Below are positions 62,701 through 64,000 of a stretch of 64,000 nt of DNA, piece by piece. The stretch is from Macrostomum lignano (lineage: Eukaryota). The notes under the pieces were generated by a model. That model searched no databases, was not told the DNA's origin, and saw only the letters and a list, made by a program, of their open reading frames with translations. The position numbers and the translations under genes are program-made. The stretch spans positions 59,683 through 123,682 of the forward strand of contig NIVC01001050.1 of assembly GCA_002269645.1 (NCBI GenBank), read 5' to 3'. Numbering within the stretch: position 1 is the stretch's first letter; every line of letters starts with the position of its first letter.

Positions 62701-64000
62701 TCCCTGTTCTACATTATGATCCCAAATCCCTGTTCTACATTATAATCCCGAATCCCCGTTCTACATTCTAATCCCAAATCCCCATTCTATATTCCAATCC
62801 CAAATCCTAAATCTACATTATAATCCCAAACCCCAATCCACTTCATGATCCAAGAATTTATTAATTTAAATTGACTCACTCAGTCGGCACATCGAACTAT
62901 CCAGTGTCACGATGTACTTTAAACGTAAAAGCCAACAAATAATTTGAAATCCAATCCATTCTGAGATGCAATGCCCAAATAACTGAAAAAAGATTTCTCT
63001 TTTTGTAGGAGACGAGATTTCGACGTCATATCAGCTGCGGACCGCTGGTCAGATCCCTTCTCCCATGAGACACGACGAAAATTGTCCCCAAAGTACCGCT
63101 GCACCAGACTCTCAGCTGCATCATTGCGAACTCAAAATCTAGAGAGACAGATTCTATCCCCTGTCTGATTAGGAGGAAACAGATTTATCCTCATTTGTAA
63201 AGTGCAACCCCCTTGGAGACGAAATGTACTTTTAGACACATCGGTTCCTCATCAATCCCTTACTAGCTTGCTCCCGTTCAATCAATCTTGCACTCCCACT
63301 GGGGGATGAGAAAATCCCCTTTTTCTTTAGGGAAAAAAGTTTGAAAGTCTGACTTAACAGCCGAATTTTTGTCACCTTTATTTGCTCTATGCTTTCTGCT
63401 GCTTTTTCTGGCTGTACTCTTGTAGGAGAAACAATTAATGCTGTTTATAAGAGATACAAGATAATCCCATTATTGATAAAGTTTATGGAATAGCGTATAG
63501 TGTAATAATTCCCATTTCCAGATCCCCAAGATTCCCGATTCTATAATTTTAATGTCTAGATCCTCAAATTCATAATCCCTATAATCAAGTCCTAAATTTC
63601 ATAATTCCCATAGCCAGATCCCCAATTTCATAATTCCCATATCCAAATCCCCAATTTCATAATTCCCATATCCAAATCCCCAATTTCATAATTCCCATTT
63701 CCAAATACCAAATTTCATAATTCCCATATCCAAATCCCAAATTTCATAATTCCCATATCCAAATCCTCATTTTCATAATTCCCATATCCAAATCCCCAAT
63801 TTCGTAATTCCCAAATCCAAATTCCCAATTTCACGATTCCCATATCCAAATCCCCAATTTCACAATTCCCATATCCAAATCCCCAATTCCATAATTCTGC
63901 CTAGCAACTAGCTCACCAGCTTGTAGGTCTCGTCCTCCAACTGCAGCTGATTGGCGATGCAGGCCTTGGTTTCCAGGAAACTGCGGCGCAACAGGCTGTC
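47797..64000 (-). CDS. Transmembrane adenylyl-cyclase-like protein, predicted catalytically impaired; 5' part outside the window (>1,890 aa visible; exons 64000-63917, 61247-61132, 60229-60118, 59443-59316, 58222-58064, 57196-57046, 56418-56269, 55740-55697, 55621-55396, 54798-54701, 54599-54515, 53986-53891, 53794-53363, 52735-52616, 51560-49361, 49274-47797)
   Basis: Sixteen phase-consistent GT-AG exons give the class III tmAC order: RRSFLETKACI...ERLVQSVVP (post-TM6 coiled coil), C1a (SLMCASISG...RVRIQGDEY...RVGINSG...YDVMG), C1b (MNPVTLKF), six TM helices, LLKNLLPQHVA, C2a (VLNDVICELDEL...KVRTVG...RVGIDLG...FDIWG), then a long low-complexity tail. The last acceptor (49274) is chosen to keep the frame and is the least certain junction. 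Confidence 0.85.
52935..53010 (+). mobile_element. Probable end of a non-autonomous hAT/Charlie-like element; a 34-bp core is shared with 37531-37564
   Basis: CAGGATCGGCAAACTCCGGCCC resembles hAT MITE termini (CAGGGGTCGGCAAACT.CGGCCC). CCCTCGGGTCCTTTGAAACTTCACAATGGCAATC occurs identically at 37531 and 52975. Confidence 0.45.
53060..53335 (-). mobile_element. tRNA-derived CORE-SINE (MIR-like core)
   Basis: The minus strand has an A box TAGCCTAGTGGCTAGAGCG and a B-box-like GGTTTCATTCT. These are followed by CTTGAGCAAGGCACTTAACTCTGCATTGCTTCAGTTTACCCAGCTGTAAAATGGG, which aligns by eye to the MIR core CTTGGGCAAGTTACTTAACCTCTCTGTGCCTCAGTTTCCTCATCTGTAAAATGGG. Confidence 0.75.
54165..54413 (+). mobile_element. 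tRNA-derived SINE, copy 2 (same family as 24086-24335)
   Basis: A box TAGCCCAGTGG and B-box-like GGCTCGATTTC. The body aligns to the reverse complement of 24086-24335. Confidence 0.75.
54925..55310. repeat. Degenerate 11-bp tandem repeat TATGCGGTTGC (array 1, cyclase intron)
   Basis: Directly visible. Confidence 0.9.
55800..56160. repeat. Degenerate ~41-bp tandem repeat GGGTCAACTGACCTCCCCTATAGATTATTAGATT..
   Basis: About 7 diverged copies are visible. Confidence 0.75.
56474..56930. repeat. 11-bp tandem repeat TATGCGGTTGC (array 2) with higher-order ~120-bp duplications
   Basis: Directly visible. The interruption TATCCGATCACTCT recurs three times. Confidence 0.9.
57370..57980. repeat. Minisatellite, ~24-25 bp unit AGAAATCTCACCCTGAGAAGAATTT
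   Basis: Directly visible. Confidence 0.95.
58970..59180. repeat. Pyrimidine-rich tandem repeat (CTCATCTCTCC)n
   Basis: Directly visible. Confidence 0.9.
60270..61030. repeat. 10-bp-based tandem repeat (TTAGTGTCTG / CTAGTGTCTG..)n
   Basis: Directly visible. Confidence 0.95.
61676..62850. repeat. Minisatellite, 27 bp unit TTCTACATTATGATCCCAAATCCCT(A/G), ~43 copies
   Basis: Directly visible. Confidence 0.95.
63590..63895. repeat. Minisatellite, 25 bp unit CATAATTCCCATATCCAAATCCCCAATTT-like, ~12 copies
   Basis: Directly visible. Confidence 0.9.

Overview
Eukaryotic (metazoan) genomic DNA with spliceosomal introns. The short AT-rich introns, GC-rich exons, introns filled with tandem repeats and fast-diverged signalling genes suggest an invertebrate, possibly a free-living flatworm such as Macrostomum; this is inference and cannot be proven from the window. 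I assembled eight protein-coding genes by hand with phase-consistent splice junctions: (1-2) a head-to-head pair of highly divergent ETS-domain transcription factor paralogs (1307-2757 minus; 5016-8070 plus); (3) an SLC16/MCT-family MFS transporter (11864-15877 plus); (4) a neuregulin-like EGFR ligand with signal peptide, GGF/NRG2-type N-domain, Ig, EGF, TM and tail (19621-32357 minus), with a candidate alternative EGF C-loop exon and a GC-AG intron; (5) an intronless acyl-CoA synthetase nested antisense in neuregulin intron 1 (29274-31004 plus); (6) a TRAF4-like gene (36238-42907 plus); (7) a melatonin-receptor-like class A GPCR with eroded activation motifs (45252-46919 plus); (8) a transmembrane adenylyl-cyclase-like gene that runs off the right edge (47797-64000 minus). 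Gene 8 lacks several essential catalytic residues and has a ~1,000-aa disordered tail ending in a PDZ-binding motif, so it is a candidate pseudo-cyclase scaffold and the most interesting element here. The rest is degenerate LINE fragments, tRNA-derived SINEs (one CORE-type), microsatellites and many intronic minisatellite arrays. Most listed ORFs over these arrays are artefacts. All family assignments come from remembered motif comparisons, not database searches.
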